From NCBI GenBank assembly GCA_965208625.1, contig OZ242348.1, forward strand, positions 1,233,948-1,297,947: DNA of 64,000 bases, given 5' to 3'. Each line of letters begins with the position of its first letter. Position 1 is the first letter of the stretch. Below the pieces are notes generated by a model. It was not told the DNA's origin and did no database searches. It saw only the letters and a list, made by a program, of their open reading frames with translations. Position numbers and translations under genes: made by a program. Origin of the DNA: Dehalococcoidia bacterium. Its GTDB lineage: Bacteria > Chloroflexota > Dehalococcoidia > Lucifugimonadales > Australimonadaceae. Positions 61,494 through 64,000 of the stretch are shown in pieces.

Positions 61494-62692
61494 GCATGCC
61501 GCTGGAAGACGTCCGCATCCTCGAGCTCACCTCAGTGCTCGGCGGACCGCTCGCGGGGCGGCTGCTCGCCGACCTCGGCGCGGACGTCATCAAGATCGAA
61601 CAGCCCGGCTCGGGCGATGCGTCGCGCAAGCTTGGCCCTTACTTCCTGAACGGCGAGAGCGCCTACTTCCTCGGGTTCAACCGCAACAAGCGCAGCGTTA
61701 CGCTCAATCTGCAGACCGACCTTGGGTGCGAGGCGTTCTATGCGCTCGCGGCGAAGGCGGACGTGGTGCTGGACAACTTCCGTCCCGGCGTCCTGGAACG
61801 GCTGCGGATCGACCACGAGGCGCTCAAGAAGGTCAACCCGTCCATCATCTCCGCATCGCTCTCCGGTTTCGGGCAGGACGGTCCCTACTCCGGGCGTCCC
61901 GCCTTCGACGGCGTCGTGCAGGCGCTCGGCGGCGCTATGAGCGTCACCGGCAACCCCGGGGATGACCCCGTCTACATGGGGTTCCCGATGGGCGACGTGG
62001 GCGGCGGTTGGGGACTCGCGTTCGGGGTGCTCACCGCGCTCCACGAACGCTCGCGGACGGGCGAAGGCAAGCGCGTGGACGTGAGCATGCTGGACATGCA
62101 GGTCTCATTCCAGGCACACCTCGCCGCGTTCTATCTCGCATCCGGCGTCACGCCGCAGCCCATAGGCTCCGGCCACCCCAGCAACATCCCGGCCAAGGCG
62201 TTCCGCAGCAGCGACGACAAATGGGTGCAGATCCACTGCAGCACGGAGCCGTTCTGGTTCAAGACAGCCGACATGATGGCCACGACCGTCCCCGGCTACG
62301 AATCGCTGCCGGACGACGCCCGCTTCAAGACTGCCGAGGGACGCATGAAGCACCGCGGTGAACTGGAGTACCTGCTCGCCGGTGCCGTCCGCCAGAAGAC
62401 TCAAGACGAGTGGCGGCGCCTGTTCGCCAAGTGGGACGTTCCCGGCGCGCCCATCAACAACATCGCCGACGTCTACGAGGACCCACAGGTGCTCCACCGC
62501 AACATGCTCGTGGAGATAGACCACCCGACAGCGGGGCGCATCCGCACCGGCGGCAACCCCATCAAGACGGGCCACGAGGAACGCTTCACGCCCCCACCGA
62601 CGCTCGGACAGCACACCGTCGAGGTGCTGCGGGAGATCGCAGGCTACACGGACGCGCAGCTGGACGCCCTACGGGCCGCACAGGCGGTCTAG
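61490..62692 (+). CDS. family III CoA-transferase (CaiB/BaiF family)
   Basis: Start ATG 61490 overlaps the ACAD stop (ATGA). Shows VRILELTSVLGGPLAGRLLADLGADVIKIE and VLDNFRPGVLERLRI. Confidence 0.9.
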   Translation: MSMPLEDVRILELTSVLGGPLAGRLLADLGADVIKIEQPGSGDASRKLGPYFLNGESAYFLGFNRNKRSVTLNLQTDLGCEAFYALAAKADVVLDNFRPGVLERLRIDHEALKKVNPSIISASLSGFGQDGPYSGRPAFDGVVQALGGAMSVTGNPGDDPVYMGFPMGDVGGGWGLAFGVLTALHERSRTGEGKRVDVSMLDMQVSFQAHLAAFYLASGVTPQPIGSGHPSNIPAKAFRSSDDKWVQIHCSTEPFWFKTADMMATTVPGYESLPDDARFKTAEGRMKHRGELEYLLAGAVRQKTQDEWRRLFAKWDVPGAPINNIADVYEDPQVLHRNMLVEIDHPTAGRIRTGGNPIKTGHEERFTPPPTLGQHTVEVLREIAGYTDAQLDALRAAQAV

Positions 62693-62707
62693 GGTCAGCG
62701 CAGCGTC

Positions 62708-63970
62708 ATGCAGGCCCAACAATCGTCGGCGCCGGACATCGCCCGGCTCGCCGTCCCCATCGCCCTCATCTTCTTCATGTGGGGGTTCGGTACTGGTGCA
62801 CTGTGGGTGGCGCGTCCCCTCTTTGCCCTCGCGCTGGGCGGCACGCTGCTGCAGGTCGGCCTCATCTCGTCCCTGAGCGCGATGCCCCGGCTCATCTCCG
62901 GCCCCATCGCGGGCCTCCTCTCCGACCGCTGGGGCAGGCGCCCCATGCTCATCCTGGGCGCAGTCGGGCACGGCTTGATCCTCGTCGGCCAATTCGCAAC
63001 CACCAACTACGTGCACTACGCCCTCCTCGAAGCGCTGGCGGGCATCACCATCGCCATCTGGACGATCAGCTCCAGCGTCCTGATAGCGGACCTCACGAAG
63101 ATCGCGAACCGCGGGCGCACCGTGGCGTTCCGCGACACGGCGATGCGGATGGGGATGCTGGCGGGGCCCCTCGTCGGCGGATTCATCGCCGCCCAGTTCG
63201 AGCTGAGGTGGGTATTCATCTTCATCGCATCCACCAAGGTCGTCGCCATCTTCGTCGTGCTGTTCCTTATCCCCGAGACGAAGCCCGCTCGCGCCCCGCG
63301 CGAGCCCGACCGGCGTCCGGGCGAGGCGCGGGCCAGCAGCGGCGGCATCCCATGGGCGATATTCGGTACGAGGTCGTTCATCGCGGTCGCCGCGGCCACA
63401 ATCTGCTTCGGCATGATCGGGCTGGGACCCGGTATCTTCCGCACCTACTACCCCATCCACGCGCAGGAGACGCTGATGCTCTCCCCGGACGTTATCGGCA
63501 ACCTCGTTGCCATGGGCGGCGTGCTGACGATGCTCGCGGCGGCGCCCACCGGCTTCGCGGTCGACCGCTTCGGACGCAAGTGGCCGCTAGCGTTCGGGCT
63601 CGTCCTGCTGGGCGCCTCCGTCTATCTGCTCGGAGCGTCAACTGCCTTCATCGGCATCGCCGTGGCCTTCGCCGTCTTCGCCATCGCGGAGGGGATGAAC
63701 ACCAACACCAATCAGACGTATGCGATGGACCTCGCGCCGACAGAGCAGCGCGGGGTCTTCCTGAGCGCATTCCACATGGCAACAAGCACAGGGATGATGA
63801 TCGGCCCGTTGGTCGCGGGACTGCTGGCCGGGCGACTCGGCCTGGAAAGCACGCTCTTCATCTTCGTGGGCGTCGCCGGGGGATGCGCGCTGCTGTTCGT
63901 CGTGCTCGCGCGAGAGACGCTGCAGCGGGAGCCAGCGCAGGATCCGGTCACGACTCGTTCAGGTTCGTAG
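62708..63970 (+). CDS. MFS transporter
   Basis: 420 aa with about 12 helices and the loop motif GLLSDRWGRRPMLILG. Confidence 0.85.
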   Translation: MQAQQSSAPDIARLAVPIALIFFMWGFGTGALWVARPLFALALGGTLLQVGLISSLSAMPRLISGPIAGLLSDRWGRRPMLILGAVGHGLILVGQFATTNYVHYALLEALAGITIAIWTISSSVLIADLTKIANRGRTVAFRDTAMRMGMLAGPLVGGFIAAQFELRWVFIFIASTKVVAIFVVLFLIPETKPARAPREPDRRPGEARASSGGIPWAIFGTRSFIAVAAATICFGMIGLGPGIFRTYYPIHAQETLMLSPDVIGNLVAMGGVLTMLAAAPTGFAVDRFGRKWPLAFGLVLLGASVYLLGASTAFIGIAVAFAVFAIAEGMNTNTNQTYAMDLAPTEQRGVFLSAFHMATSTGMMIGPLVAGLLAGRLGLESTLFIFVGVAGGCALLFVVLARETLQREPAQDPVTTRSGS

Positions 63971-64000
63971 ACAGCCCTACCGTACCGTGACGTAGCCGCC

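Noticed and set aside
62410-63990. 526-aa Arg/Pro/His-rich plus-strand ORF
   Set aside because: It is an off-frame overlap of the CoA-transferase 3' end and the MFS transporter gene. The MFS frame has hydrophobic helices and the DRWGRR loop motif, and this frame has neither.
1-64000. Search for tRNA, rRNA, transposase, integrase and cas genes
   Set aside because: No cloverleaf-like or rRNA-like conserved segments were noticed in the intergenic regions, and no ORF showed DDE, tyrosine/serine recombinase or Cas signatures. This visual screen cannot exclude small ncRNAs.

Overview
High-GC bacterial chromosome segment. It is gene-dense, uses GGAGG-type ribosome-binding sites, and anchors its solute-binding proteins as lipoproteins, which suggests Chloroflexota-like or actinobacterial origin (inference only). 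I found no rRNA, tRNA, CRISPR array, transposase or integrase. The content is a catabolic gene park. It holds six paralogous phthalate-family Rieske oxygenase alpha subunits with no reductase partner in the window. It also has two tripartite tricarboxylate transporter (TTT) loci, and one of them encodes a fused TctA-TctB permease. A gentisate 1,2-dioxygenase / FAH hydrolase / Gfo-Idh-MocA operon is present. Further enzymes include ACMSD-type amidohydrolases, SDRs, an LLM flavin oxidoreductase, a crotonase, an acyl-CoA dehydrogenase with a family III CoA-transferase, a CoxS/CoxM pair without a CoxL, and three MFS transporters. The most unusual feature is a two-gene cassette present twice (5722-8442 and 16296-18998). 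Each copy pairs a metal-binding bicupin with an EutA-like ASKHA ATPase, and no ethanolamine ammonia-lyase or other B12 enzyme lies anywhere in the window. Other notable items are a 3.2-kb islet (38.3-41.6 kb) bracketed by imperfect direct repeats that carries a PD-(D/E)XK nuclease, a methyltransferase and an HTH protein; a crotonase whose conserved N-terminus lies upstream of any canonical start codon; a frameshifted amidohydrolase; a VapBC module; a 14-blade RCC1-like lipoprotein; several intergenic repeat families; and a helically phased GGGCTCA motif array. Many long ORFs in the supplied track are antisense or off-frame shadows typical of high-GC DNA, and I rejected them.
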